From assembly GCA_020632265.1 (NCBI GenBank), contig JACKFW010000001.1, positions 465,892-529,891 of the forward strand: a stretch of 64,000 nucleotides of DNA, written 5' to 3'. A program made the translations under genes and the position numbers. Below are positions 39,262-50,500 of this stretch, piece by piece. Numbering within the stretch: position 1 is the first letter of the stretch; the number at the start of each line of letters is the position of its first letter. The notes beneath the pieces were generated by a model that saw nothing but the letters and a program-made list of their open reading frames with translations, did no database searches and had not been told where the DNA came from. Origin of the DNA: Pseudomonadales bacterium. GTDB lineage: Bacteria; Patescibacteriota; Microgenomatia; UBA1400; PJMF01.

Positions 39262-40248
39262 TTATTTAGTCCTCTTAAACAAAAGAAAAAATAAAATAAA
39301 ACTGGTAAAAATGAGTCCAGCAATGATAATTAAAACAATGGGAGACACAAGTATATTGCGTTTTTTAATAGTTATAGTCAGATCAAATTGTTGAACTTCA
39401 CCATTTAACTGCAGGCTTTGTTCACCCTCATAATTGTCATAAGCAATTAACACACGATGCTCACCAGGATCAATATTATTAAATATTACTAAACCATTAT
39501 CATCTGTCAGAGCCTCACTAACTTTGGAATATATAGTAACTTTGGCGCCTTCGACTGGTTGTTCGTGCTCATCAATAACTTTTATGCGCACTATATAATA
39601 ACCTTCATTATCAGTTTCAATCACTGCACTGTTCTTAGTTGAATCACTGATTGCCTCAATCGATTCTTCAGAATTTTTTTTGGAATCTGCAATTGAAACC
39701 AAAGAAATGTTTTTTGTCTCAAACTGTTTGAAACTCACTGCACTTTTTGTCTTTGCTGAAAGTTCATTACTCCATTCTCCTGGAGCACATCCATTACCTG
39801 CTCTAACCTTAAAAAAATAAGTAGTATTGGGTTGCAAAGAATTTACTAAATATGTCCTAGATCCTCCTGAGCCAATATCTGTCAAACCCCAAATATATTT
39901 GCCAGATTCTGTACCAAATTCAACCGCATAGTAACTAACAGGATCATCTGCTGGAGTAAAATAAAGAAGAATTGCAGTACCACTCTGGGCAGTTGCTGCA
40001 TACAACCAAGGATTTTTATCACCGGGTTTTTGGTCACCACAGCTTGGAGACACTGAATTTGATAGCGAAGAAACAGAGTTATTATCCATAGAAGTAACTG
40101 AGGTTTGTTGTATCTCTCCCTCATTAAACAAGCCGGTGTCATACGAACCCGACCCATATGTAGTCGCAAATACAGATTTCGAGAACGCAAAAAGAGTCAG
40201 TGTACTCAAAATAAATAAACTTACAGCTTGATTTATATAATACTTCAT
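39262..40248 (-). CDS. secreted, C-terminally membrane-anchored surface protein with FN3/Ig-like beta domains
   Basis: The signal peptide is MKYYINQAVSLFILSTLTLFAFS. The more upstream start at 40305 would overlap tatA. There is a C-terminal TM anchor. Confidence 0.45.
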   Translation of the reverse strand: MKYYINQAVSLFILSTLTLFAFSKSVFATTYGSGSYDTGLFNEGEIQQTSVTSMDNNSVSSLSNSVSPSCGDQKPGDKNPWLYAATAQSGTAILLYFTPADDPVSYYAVEFGTESGKYIWGLTDIGSGGSRTYLVNSLQPNTTYFFKVRAGNGCAPGEWSNELSAKTKSAVSFKQFETKNISLVSIADSKKNSEESIEAISDSTKNSAVIETDNEGYYIVRIKVIDEHEQPVEGAKVTIYSKVSEALTDDNGLVIFNNIDPGEHRVLIAYDNYEGEQSLQLNGEVQQFDLTITIKKRNILVSPIVLIIIAGLIFTSFILFFLLFKRTK

Positions 40249-40286
40249 TGTTATAGTTACTATAGATAAAAAAAGGGATAAATTCA

Positions 40287-40466
40287 ATGTTCGGACTTGG
40301 CGCACAAGAACTATTACTTATTTTGGCAATTATATTGCTTCTTTTCGGTGGGAAGAAACTCCCTGAGTTGTCCCGAAGCATGGGACAGGCTATCAAGGAA
40401 CTCAGAAAAGGCTTCACCGATGAAATTTCAGAAAAAAATACCAAAAACAAAAAGTCAAAAGACTAA
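40287..40466 (+). CDS. tatA: twin-arginine translocase subunit TatA/E
   Basis: 59 aa, MFGLGAQELLLILAIILLLFGGKKLPELSRSMGQAIKELRKGF. It is not listed in the ORF track (under 60 aa). ATG is at 40287 and TAA at 40464-40466. Confidence 0.8.
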   Translation: MFGLGAQELLLILAIILLLFGGKKLPELSRSMGQAIKELRKGFTDEISEKNTKNKKSKD

Positions 40467-41181
40467 TTCATCAACCTTCGCAGACCATTTGTCTGAACTT
40501 CAGAACAGAATTTTAATTGTCTTCTTAATTTTTGTTTTGGGTTCACTTATCGGATACCTTATTCATCAAGATATTTTTAATTTATTGATTATTCCTTTAA
40601 ATCAGCCTATTTATTATACTTCTCCAGCCGGTGGTTTCGAGTTTACATTTCAATTATCTCTTTTTTTTGGCTTTTTGCTCTCATTACCAGTTTTTGTATA
40701 TCAAACAATTCGGTTTGTTGAACCTGCCCTTCCTCAAAAATTCCCTCATCTTCTTAGTAAAATACTATTTGCTTCAAATATATTAATGTTAATGGGTATA
40801 AGCTTTGCATACTTTGTAAGTTTGCCTGCCGCATTGTATTTTTTAAACACATATTCTACGGATCAAATTAAAGCACTCATATCAACATCTGAATACTTTT
40901 CATTTATAACTAGATATCTTATGGGTTTTGGCATTATTTTTCAATTACCCTTGGTACTAATCGCAGTTAATAAAGTCCATAAAATTGCTATTTCCTCCTT
41001 ATTTTCTAAAGAAAAATATGTTGTTCTTTCTGCTTTCATTTTTGCAGGCATTCTCACTCCAACTCCTGATATATTTAACCAACTTGTCATGGCAATACCA
41101 ATAATCCTGCTCTACCAAATATCAATATTATTAGTGTGGATAATGCAAAAAAAACCATCGACAATCATTGACAACAACTAA
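40420..41181 (+). CDS. tatC: twin-arginine translocase subunit TatC
   Basis: The ORF 40297..41181 contains FADHLSELQNRIL (the TatC HLxELRxR motif) and 6 TM helices. The likely start is MKFQKK at about 40420, overlapping the tatA 3' end. Confidence 0.7.
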   Translation: MKFQKKIPKTKSQKTNSSTFADHLSELQNRILIVFLIFVLGSLIGYLIHQDIFNLLIIPLNQPIYYTSPAGGFEFTFQLSLFFGFLLSLPVFVYQTIRFVEPALPQKFPHLLSKILFASNILMLMGISFAYFVSLPAALYFLNTYSTDQIKALISTSEYFSFITRYLMGFGIIFQLPLVLIAVNKVHKIAISSLFSKEKYVVLSAFIFAGILTPTPDIFNQLVMAIPIILLYQISILLVWIMQKKPSTIIDNN

Positions 41182-41205
41182 TCAACTACTCTATATTTAA
41201 AGAAT

Positions 41206-41409
41206 ATGGATTTACCAACATTTGACACATTATTTTCTAAAGAAATGAATAGAAAAGAGTTTCTTCTACATATTGGAGTCGTTTTATTAACTCTTTTTGG
41301 TATTTCGGGAATACTTAGAACACTATCAAATCCTCACATACTCAGTTCTTCCAAACAACATTTATCTACATTTGGTTCTGGAACATATGGAGGAATAAAA
41401 AAAGTTTAA
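41206..41409 (+). CDS. small membrane protein
   Basis: 67 aa with one TM helix. It is the first gene of a three-gene translationally coupled operon. Confidence 0.35.
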   Translation: MDLPTFDTLFSKEMNRKEFLLHIGVVLLTLFGISGILRTLSNPHILSSSKQHLSTFGSGTYGGIKKV

Positions 41410-41410
41410 T

Positions 41411-41860
41411 ATGTCTAGATTACCTACTGTTGGCGGAGATGAGAATAACTGGGGAATAGTTCTAAATGACTTTCTGCAGGTAGCTCACAACGCTGATGGC
41501 TCTCCTAAAAATGCAGCGCTTACAACTCATGAAGCTTTGAATGACACAGCTCATAATCTAACCGACAAAGTTGACAAATCTACTTCAATTATTGAAGTGT
41601 CTTCTACTTATGAGGTGCAAGCTAGCGATAGAGCAAAAACTATAGAAGCAAATGGTACATTTACAATAACCTTTCCAGATGGATTGGCAACTGGATTTCA
41701 GGTTGTAATTGTTAATGTGGGTAGCGGCACAATCACACTATCAGCTGCAACTTCACTACAAAGCGCTGGTGGTGCTACCACAATCACCTCGCAATATTCG
41801 GGAGCTGTTGTATATCATCGTGGAACTAATATCTGGCTAGCTATGGGAAATCTATCATAA
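41411..41860 (+). CDS. hypothetical protein (beta-rich, Thr/Ser/Gly-rich)
   Basis: 149 aa. Its stop overlaps the next start. Confidence 0.4.
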   Translation: MSRLPTVGGDENNWGIVLNDFLQVAHNADGSPKNAALTTHEALNDTAHNLTDKVDKSTSIIEVSSTYEVQASDRAKTIEANGTFTITFPDGLATGFQVVIVNVGSGTITLSAATSLQSAGGATTITSQYSGAVVYHRGTNIWLAMGNLS

Positions 41861-42450
41861 TGTCATGGCCAATGATATATGGTCCTCTAGCGGCAACGTT
41901 TGGACCAACCGAATTATTCAATTTTGACTTCGAAGAATATGTTGATGGAGCTAACTGGTCTGAAACAGGCTGGAATTCTGGCGTTAATTGGAAAATTTAT
42001 GATGACATGGGAGATAATATTATTTATCCGTCTTCTGCAAACGAATGGTGGAATACTTATGATGTTGCCTTATCAAACGTTGTCATGATTGCTGGAATCA
42101 AAGAATCAAACTCAAATACTTTAAGTGGAGTGGTTGCGAGATATTTAAACAATTCTAATTTTCTCCTCCTAGAAGCCGTCAGAAATGAAAGTAAAGTAAA
42201 AATGTATATTAGACAAAGCGGAACTTGGTCACTTCTTGATGAAACGGATGCGAATATTAGCTTCTTAAATGAATCAGTGATTGAATATCGTATTGAATGC
42301 AAAGGTAACACAATTCTTGGATTCAGAAATAACGTACAAGTAACTTCAGCCATTCTAGTCGGTTCAGAATTACTTGGAACTCAAGTTGGCATCTATTGTG
42401 GCACCTCTCAACCCAACTTTAGCTACATGTCGGCAACAACGGCACCATAG
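41860..42450 (+). CDS. hypothetical protein, possible lectin/jelly-roll fold
   Basis: 196 aa, Asn/Ser-rich. No motif was recognised. Confidence 0.35.
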   Translation: MSWPMIYGPLAATFGPTELFNFDFEEYVDGANWSETGWNSGVNWKIYDDMGDNIIYPSSANEWWNTYDVALSNVVMIAGIKESNSNTLSGVVARYLNNSNFLLLEAVRNESKVKMYIRQSGTWSLLDETDANISFLNESVIEYRIECKGNTILGFRNNVQVTSAILVGSELLGTQVGIYCGTSQPNFSYMSATTAP

Positions 42451-42465
42451 ATAAATGCACCTTAA

Positions 42466-42963
42466 TTAGAGTTTCCTAGAATCGTAAGCCCAATGTAAAA
42501 GAGCTTGACGTTGCCGAGGCCTACAACTCAAATCTCCCTTTGCACAATTGTGTTTAAGCTGAGTAACGTGTCGACGCATTGCTTTCCATCTTTTTATTTG
42601 CCGCTCATCATCTATCGATCGTCTTCCCATGTAATAGCGACAATACCATTGAAACCACCCCCTAGGATCATTTGGATGTATCCAACCTTTTTTTTTCCAA
42701 AACAACAGACTCTGACTTGCATTTACCTTAAAATAATTTACATTTGGATTTTTTTCTAGAGAAAGCTTTGCATTGATAAACCAATCTTTTGGAAATTCTT
42801 TGGGATAGTCAGAAAAATATTTACCTCCAAACACTCCTAACTCCAATAATTGTTTAGGTGATAATTCTGGTCGAAAATCTGGGTCGTAGTTTGAACCGAC
42901 CTTCTCAGTAAGAAAATACACATAATTTTGCTGAAAAGCATCATTGACTATAATTTTCTTCAT
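42466..42963 (-). CDS. hypothetical conserved protein (Trp-rich GWFQWYCRYYMGRR motif)
   Basis: 165 aa. The family could not be named. Confidence 0.4.
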   Translation of the reverse strand: MKKIIVNDAFQQNYVYFLTEKVGSNYDPDFRPELSPKQLLELGVFGGKYFSDYPKEFPKDWFINAKLSLEKNPNVNYFKVNASQSLLFWKKKGWIHPNDPRGWFQWYCRYYMGRRSIDDERQIKRWKAMRRHVTQLKHNCAKGDLSCRPRQRQALLHWAYDSRKL

Positions 42964-43326
42964 AGATTAATTATACATTAACGTTCTAAAATATTTTCCA
43001 ATTTATTGACATAAACATTACTCATTAATAATAATCAATTCATTTGCCAAATCCAACCAAACTTAATTTTTTTGTATTGCTAAGTTATTTTGACTTTGTT
43101 TTTCAATACCGTTTGTCTCCAAGAATTTGTAATTATTTCAGAAAATATCTGAATTTCTTCTTGCGCAATACTTCCTTTTATCGAGCGCATTCGATGCCAA
43201 CCTATAAGTAGTTTGTCGCAATTGTATTATTATACAGTGCTTAGCACGTGAATCTGCAACCAGTGAGTCGTTGTAACAAATTAATTTTTAAATGTCATTA
43301 AATACTATCACTTCATACATAGCTTT

Positions 43327-43725
43327 TCATTTCTTAAGTCTTATAAAATATTTAATTATTATTCCTGAAATATAGATTTCAAGTAAACTTAGTGGAATTG
43401 CAAAAAGTAGTAGTGTAAACGGAAGAACTTGTAGATTATACATTGTTATCCACATCATCAAAAATGCAGGAATCCACGATAAAAAAATAGTTTCTTTGAA
43501 AGAGAATTTTTGTAATAATTTTAAAATTAGAAAAGCTAAACAAAAACTCCAGATTACCCATAAAAAACCATTAATAACCAAAGTTTTAAAAATTAATCCT
43601 AGTGATTCAAAGTGGTTTATCCAATAAGACTTGAACAATAATTCATTTCTTAAAAACTCAGAAAATGATATCCAAAGAGTTGTAAATACTAAAGCAAGTA
43701 CAATTTTTTTTAAGTTGTGTGTCAT
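43327..43725 (-). CDS. small membrane protein
   Basis: 132 aa with 4 TM helices. Confidence 0.35.
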   Translation of the reverse strand: MTHNLKKIVLALVFTTLWISFSEFLRNELLFKSYWINHFESLGLIFKTLVINGFLWVIWSFCLAFLILKLLQKFSFKETIFLSWIPAFLMMWITMYNLQVLPFTLLLFAIPLSLLEIYISGIIIKYFIRLKK

Positions 43726-43969
43726 ATAATTATTCTTTAATTTAGAGTTGATAAATTTTCTTGAAAGATTGTCCTAACTAATAAATTTAGCCAATAGTAA
43801 ATATTACACCCAACTTTTCGGTGTAAATGACGTTGCGATTGATACAATCTTATTTTATATTAATCGGGAAATTTAGATCTAGCAACGGCAAAAGCGAGCT
43901 AGATATATTGTGTTGTCCTAGTCTAAGCGTTAACAAAAGTGCAATTTCCCCATGAGTATTCTAAAAAAA

Positions 43970-44524
43970 TTATTTTCCGTCTTTGTTTTTAGACAAATAT
44001 CTCTTTAATTCTATCGCTGTTTTTAATATTTCTTCCGCTTCCTCATCACTAAGTTTTTCCATAGTTCGAATTTGAGTTAATCCCGAAACATTGTAAGAAG
44101 AAGTGATTCTATAAACATCTCCGTTGACATCTATAATACAATAGTAAGGTGTAAACTTTTCAGGCCAATGACGACCATCATTTATACTATAGACATTTAC
44201 ATTAAGAACTAAGTAATGCACTTCATAAGCATTGCCTATTAAATCTGTTAGAGTGAAATTTCTTGAATCTGAAAGAGAAATATCTTTAATAACATATTCG
44301 GCCCTTTGTCCAGAATCAAGATTCAAACCTTTAGCCAACCCAGAATCAATTTGATTAATGGGAACACTAATAACAGGAGAAACAAAACCCAAACTAAAAA
44401 ATTCTTGAGCTAATCTAAATATTCTTAATAATTCATCATTCTGAATAAGAAGATGAGGGTCGTGATAAGGAAGTTTTTCTAGCATTTTTCTTAATGAGAA
44501 ATTATAAAAGAGTTGATAATACAA
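43970..44524 (-). CDS. hypothetical protein
   Basis: 184 aa with no motif. Confidence 0.35.
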   Translation of the reverse strand: MYYQLFYNFSLRKMLEKLPYHDPHLLIQNDELLRIFRLAQEFFSLGFVSPVISVPINQIDSGLAKGLNLDSGQRAEYVIKDISLSDSRNFTLTDLIGNAYEVHYLVLNVNVYSINDGRHWPEKFTPYYCIIDVNGDVYRITSSYNVSGLTQIRTMEKLSDEEAEEILKTAIELKRYLSKNKDGK

Positions 44525-44795
44525 GTCAATCGACAGAAGCCATATAATTATGACCGGCTTTATCAGTTTATAGAATATTTGTAAATGTCCCTTGACTCAA
44601 AATATCTAGATTAGATTTTTGGGGAAACTAGAGAAGCGCATATTGTGTGTGGTACATGCTTTTGCGAAAAAGAGCGCGGATAACAAAATTTTTGCAAAAT
44701 ATGCATTAAGTTCAAAAACTCACTGATTTATATGCCAAATTTTTTATTAGTTAATTTTCACCGCCATAGACAACGGATATCTATAAATGTTTTTG

Positions 44796-46523
44796 TTAGC
44801 CATAAACAATCTTCTCTAGCGCTTCTTCTTTGCTGAGGACTACTGATTCCTGAGATTGGCGCGCTTTATACTCCACTCTTCTTTCATTTCGAGGCGAAAC
44901 AACAAGGCGGTTTGGCATTCCTAATAAATCTGCATCGGCAAACTTACGACCAGCAGACTCTGAACGATCATCCCAGAGGACTTCTACATTATTATTGATT
45001 AAATAATCATAGACTTCTTGTGCCACCTCTTCTGCTCCATTGAGGGATATGAGATGGACGGCAAATGGGGCAATTGTTTTGGGCCAAATAATACCGGCAT
45101 CATCGTGATGTTTTTCCACAATTGTAGCCATAGTTCTGCCCAAGCCAATACCGTAGCAACCCATGTAATATGGTTTAGCTTTGCCATCAGAGTCAATAAA
45201 TGTGGCGTTTTTCATTAAGTTTGAGTAATGATATCCAAGTTGGAAGATATTGCCAACTTCAATACCTCGTTCTTCTCTAAGCACACTGCTCCCGTCCGGG
45301 CTGAGGAAGCCATCTTGTGCCAATGCTACGTCAGCTTCTATCTCATGGGTAAAATCACGACCATAGTTGACATTAATTGAGTCGGTAGTTTCCTCTTTTT
45401 GACCGCCAATAAAGTTAGTGACAGTTTTAAGTGAGTAGTCAGCTACGTAGATGACGCGACAATCTCGATTTTCGCTAGCCGCTTTTCGAGGGGTTACAAA
45501 CTTGTGTCCCCAACTGTGCACATATCCTGGTTGGGTGCCAATAGCAGTAAGATCTTCTACGGTAGCTTCTTCAAGCTGGCCAACTAAATTTAGTACTCTT
45601 TCTAACTTAATTTTGTTGACCTCTAAGTCTCCGCGAATTGTCACAATTATGATATCACCCTGCTCTGAACGATAAACGACATTTTTAAGGAAAAACTGGG
45701 CGGGCTTCTGATAGTTTTTTTGATTATCTTCCATGGTTTTAACCCATTTTGGCTGTTCAATGAATTCTATTTTAGCTGGAGTTTCTTCTGGATTGATGGG
45801 CTTGAGTTGAAAAGTTGCAATGTCCTCATGAGAAACGTATTTGTTATCTTCAGAAACAAAGAATCGACCTTCACCCTTTGGGTGAACTACTTGAAACTCG
45901 TGACAATACTCACCGCCAATGTAGCCATTGTCAGCCTCGACTTTGAGTGTTTTTAACCCCAATCGCTCAAAAATACGGTGGTAAACCTCAGACATTTTTT
46001 GGTACTCGAGTTTAAAGTTTTCTTCATTAGGGTGGAATGAGTAAGCATCTTTCATGGTGAACTCGCGAACTCTGAGTAAGCCGCCTCGTGCTCGTGCTTC
46101 ATCTCGAAACTTGGTAGAAAATTGATAAATGTTGAACGGCAAATCTTTGTAAGTGTGCTGGAATTTGCGAACGACATCTACCATCATTTCTTCAGCAGTG
46201 CCACCCAAGGCGAATTTACCACCACGACGATCGGTAACCTGCATCAGCTCGAAACCAGTGGTATTAGTGCGGTTTGTTTCTTGCCATAACTCAAGAGGGT
46301 GTAATACAGGAGTAATCATTTCTTGTGCACCCGCTGCATTCATTTCCTCGGCAATAATCGCTTTAATCTTTTCATGAACTCTCCAGCCAAGGGGAAGGAA
46401 AAAGTATCTGCCGGCAACTGACTCAGCAATGAAACCACCGCGAGTTAAATATTGATGGCTGATCAGATCTGAGCCACCAATTTTTGTTTTGCTAGTTTTA
46501 CCAAAGAGCTGTGAATATTTCAT
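44796..46523 (-). CDS. proS: proline--tRNA ligase (bacterial type with editing domain)
   Basis: 575 aa with N-terminal class II aaRS motifs (FIAESVAGRYFFLPLGWRV) and a C-terminal anticodon-binding region. Confidence 0.9.
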   Translation of the reverse strand: MKYSQLFGKTSKTKIGGSDLISHQYLTRGGFIAESVAGRYFFLPLGWRVHEKIKAIIAEEMNAAGAQEMITPVLHPLELWQETNRTNTTGFELMQVTDRRGGKFALGGTAEEMMVDVVRKFQHTYKDLPFNIYQFSTKFRDEARARGGLLRVREFTMKDAYSFHPNEENFKLEYQKMSEVYHRIFERLGLKTLKVEADNGYIGGEYCHEFQVVHPKGEGRFFVSEDNKYVSHEDIATFQLKPINPEETPAKIEFIEQPKWVKTMEDNQKNYQKPAQFFLKNVVYRSEQGDIIIVTIRGDLEVNKIKLERVLNLVGQLEEATVEDLTAIGTQPGYVHSWGHKFVTPRKAASENRDCRVIYVADYSLKTVTNFIGGQKEETTDSINVNYGRDFTHEIEADVALAQDGFLSPDGSSVLREERGIEVGNIFQLGYHYSNLMKNATFIDSDGKAKPYYMGCYGIGLGRTMATIVEKHHDDAGIIWPKTIAPFAVHLISLNGAEEVAQEVYDYLINNNVEVLWDDRSESAGRKFADADLLGMPNRLVVSPRNERRVEYKARQSQESVVLSKEEALEKIVYG

Positions 46524-46535
46524 TTTTTCCTCTCA

Positions 46536-46566
46536 GAAGACAGGACAATAAAATGTCCTTGTCTTC
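46536..46566. promoter_or_regulatory. inverted repeat abutting the proS ribosome-binding site
   Basis: agaagacaggaca-ataaaa-tgtccttgtcttc, 12 bp upstream of the proS start codon on the coding strand. Confidence 0.3.
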
Positions 46567-46789
46567 CAATCATACTACTGATTGTGACAAGGACAAAGCA
46601 TTAATTCGTATTATCACCTTGTTTTTCTGAGCAAATTACCAGACTCAGACTTAGAAACTATTGATAAATACCATAATCGAATTCTAGATTGCGGACAGCG
46701 ACCGAATGTTTTAGAGTAGTTGTTATGACAAATGCCGAGCCGTAGCAGCCTTTTTCTTTTCTGAAGCTATTGGTTAGGAGCCGACGTAG

Positions 46790-46910
46790 CTAAAAGTTAA
46801 ACAAATTCAAATTTTATCTCTCGTGCTATTCCTACCATTTTTCCTCATCATGTTTAACGTATTTTACTTAAAAACTGTGCAAACTATAAGCATAGCATGT
46901 GAGTCTGGGA
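46790..46910. mobile_element. solo IS3-family end remnant
   Basis: ctattcctaccatttttcctcatcatgtttaacgtattttacttaaaaactgtgcaaactataagcatagcatg is homologous to 22820-22920. Confidence 0.5.
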
Positions 46911-47208
46911 CCCCAATGCTCTTAAAAGTAATTCTGTAATTATAAATGATTGTGTCGAAATACTATCAATGGAATACCATTAAGAGTGGTAATTTGTAGT
47001 AACAATGTTAAAAGATAAAACACATTTTTTTTGTTATTAATAGGAACATTTGTTTTTTCACTAATTTTTTATAAAACCCAAATTAACAATTTAAGCTGGC
47101 TTTCTGACAATGTAAAGCTCTTCTTTATGCACCTTTTTTTCTATAAAAATTCTCCTTATTTGCTAAAATAAATCAAAAAACCTGAAGAATTAATTTTACC
47201 CAGTTTTT

Positions 47209-47427
47209 CTAAGTATTCTTCCTAGAAAGAAAAAACCCACTGGATGATTTGCTTCCTCGTAGGAAGAGGTCTATAACACTTCCGTCTTCCAAAACAGTGT
47301 AATAATGTTTGGGAATCATAATAAATCTAGTTGTTTTCTTTTCTGATTTAACTTCTAAGCTCGTTAAAATTTTTTCAGTAAGCACGGCTATATCAAAACA
47401 AATAGAACTTGGCTTGAATACTTCCAT
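47209..47427 (-). CDS. small hypothetical protein
   Basis: 72 aa. It sits in the gap downstream of the giant gene. Confidence 0.2.
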   Translation of the reverse strand: MEVFKPSSICFDIAVLTEKILTSLEVKSEKKTTRFIMIPKHYYTVLEDGSVIDLFLRGSKSSSGFFLSRKNT

Positions 47428-47541
47428 TAATCAAAAATTTTATATGTTTGGTTATCGAAAAACATTTAAATGTTTGGTAACTACATGTACATTATGATAA
47501 AGTTTAGGGAGTGTGTTAAAGTTTTTGCCTCCATTACCCGC

Positions 47542-50500
47542 TTACACCTGATAATTTTTTGCTGCCATCTCTAACAGTCTATCTGAAATAAACCTAAATG
47601 GCGTTGCCTTTGAGTCGGTGTGTGTTTGCATATAAACCTTGCGTTCTTCTGGCATTAATACCATTCTACGAATTGCCGCCAGTGCTTGATTTTCAGTCAT
47701 TTCACCAAATCTAACCTGGTTCCATAGGCCTGGTCTGACATGTTCAATGAAAGCTTCAACTAGTGGAGTTGCATTTCTGCCCCGCTCTGAATAAAAACTA
47801 ATTGCTTCAATTATGTGAGTCAACTCTTCTATATAGGTGTCAACAAACTCTTTAAATGGTTTTTCATCTAAAGATTGAGATAGTTTAATTCGTAAACTGC
47901 TTTTATCTGCAAAGCTTCTATCTCCGGTGATGATATCAATTGGTACAATTATGCCAGTCGCACGCTGGAACAAGTCTATTCTCCTGTATAACTCATAAAG
48001 AGATTCGTTTGCTGCCACAGGTGTTTCATCAAATTTCATCATGGTCTCTACCATCTCGCGGGAAAGAGGCGTACCGCTAGAAGCCACGTTACGAAAGTCA
48101 TCTATAATTGATTGGCGTATTTCATTCAAGCTTCTGCCATCAGGTAGTTTAATGTTCATTAGTAAATGCTCTAAGTTGTATACCGATTCATCAGTGTACT
48201 TACCCATCTCAATTGCATCTGCAGTTTGTGTGCTCCCTGCTAATAGTTGATCAAATAACTCAGCTTCTGTTTTTATGTCATAATCAGGTCTGTAATATTG
48301 ATTATATAGTGCATCATTTGCTAGCATCGGAACATACCAGGATCCTTTTCTATATCGTTGGGCTAATTCGCGGTACACAGTAGCTGCCACAGTTTTCTTT
48401 AACCTATCAATTTCTTGTTTTGAAACTGCTAATCCAGCCCTAACTCTGGTGGGAGGTAGCCAGGTAGGAACATCCACCTGCAAAACCAAACCCTGATTTT
48501 CCAAGAGTTGAACAATTGTCGGATGAATATAGTCAGTTAATCCAAAATTTCGATCTTCTACTTCACCTAGTGACATATTTCTTCTTCGAACATCTGCCCA
48601 TGGATAGTCTTGTCTTTGAGCTAGAGCAACTCTTAGAGTGCCAGATCTTTGCTTCCCAGTAGCTGTTTCACCAGAGTAGCTAATCTCACCAATGACTTCT
48701 TGCTGTGGAGGCTCTAAATTTTCGGATTGATATGATATAGGCATCAGCTCTGAAATTGGACGAGCATAATGTTCAACAGCATTGCGAACAATCTTTTCTT
48801 GCCATTCTGGGGGAAGATCTTGAGTCAATTTTACTCTGACAGTGCTTCCTGGATACTTGTCCGAGGGATGTTGCTCATCAGCCAATATCACAATATCAGT
48901 TACCATGTCATTTTCTCTTACAATACCAAGGCGAGTGATTGATTCCACTCCATTTTTTACTGCAACTACATCAATTTCATCCGCAACCAAAGCCACAGTT
49001 CCAAATCCCCAACCAATGCCCCCTTCAACAAGTGGGTTTGCTGCTTTCTCAAGATCTCTAGTATTGAATTGGAGTAATTTGTTTTTGATTACATCTATGT
49101 CCATACCAATCCCTTGATCTGAAATTTCAAAAACTCCATGCGTAATGTTGTCACCTTCCATTTCTCGATACATTCTCATATCAATCTGTCCGCCTTCAAC
49201 CTCAAAACCGTTCATAATGACTGCGTCACGAGCATTTTGTAGCAGTTCACGTACAAAAGTGTCCCATCGCACCGATTGTGAGTGAACAGCTTTCATAACT
49301 GACTCGGTATCTGCTTCAACCACTCTTGTAGTATCAAATGGATCAGCACCTCGTTTTTTACGAGCAATCATTTGACCTACAGTAACTCCACTCAGCCGAC
49401 CTTGTGATAATTCTTGTTTTGCTTCTTCTGCAAGTACTCGAACATCACTCGATAAAAAGTCAATCATTTCATCTGTTTGTCGGCTTAAGCTTCCAGGATT
49501 ATCAACTATGTCTATATACATCTGATTGAATAATGTTCTAAGTGAAGTTTCACTCATCATCATTTGAACATTTTTAAGCAAAGATTCTTGATCACTAGCT
49601 CCATGTTTAATGACTGTCGCAACTATTTTGGCAAAAGCATACTCTTCAAAAGGATCTTCTGGTACTGTAAACTGGCCTCTCTTTGCTAGTTTTGATATTT
49701 GCTCTGCCAATTCTGGAGTTAGAACTTCCTCATACAAAAGCAGTGGAATAATGCGGATTGTGCATAAGCTATCTGCAAGCTCAGGATTTTCTCTGGATAT
49801 TTTTGTCAATTGATAAAGCATTTGTATTTCATCAAACTCTCCACCAAGTACGTTTCGCAGATCGCGAACCCTGTCTGCAACCATAGCAACCGACTGAGCA
49901 TTTTCGTGAATAGGCAATAGGCCAGGTAGATATGCCCCTTGAGGTAAGAAGAAGTCTCTTGCAAATGTACAACCAGCTTGTTCAAGTTGAGAAACTGCTT
50001 GTTGTACATGTTGAGGCGGGGATTGTAGATTCTCGTTCAATGATGGATTTTTCACTAAAGTTGTAATGGCGAGGTTTGCCATTTCTGGATTCTTGAGTCT
50101 GTATTTCATCAGGTTTGCCATAACATTTTGAAATAAAGTTTGAACTTGTGGATCAGAAAAATCCCAGCTTGGGTTTTTGCAGCAAGCGATAAAGGTTTCT
50201 CCAACCAATGTGGTAGCCCAATTATTTTGTTGTTCATGAGAAGCTAAGCGTTCTTCGACTTTGTCAATAACAAATGATTGGGAAATTTCGACGATCTGCT
50301 CCAATATTTGACTGTAATTTCTCACTAAATTCACACTTACAGGAATGTTAGGATGAGAGAAAAAATCCTTAATAGCAATTGGAATTGAAGCTGAAAGCAC
50401 TATAGACTTTGATTGTTGATGTTTTTTTGTGTAGTCAAGACCTTCAAAAATTGCATTGGTCAATTCGATTAGTACTTCTTCATCAACATTTGTACTTTCT

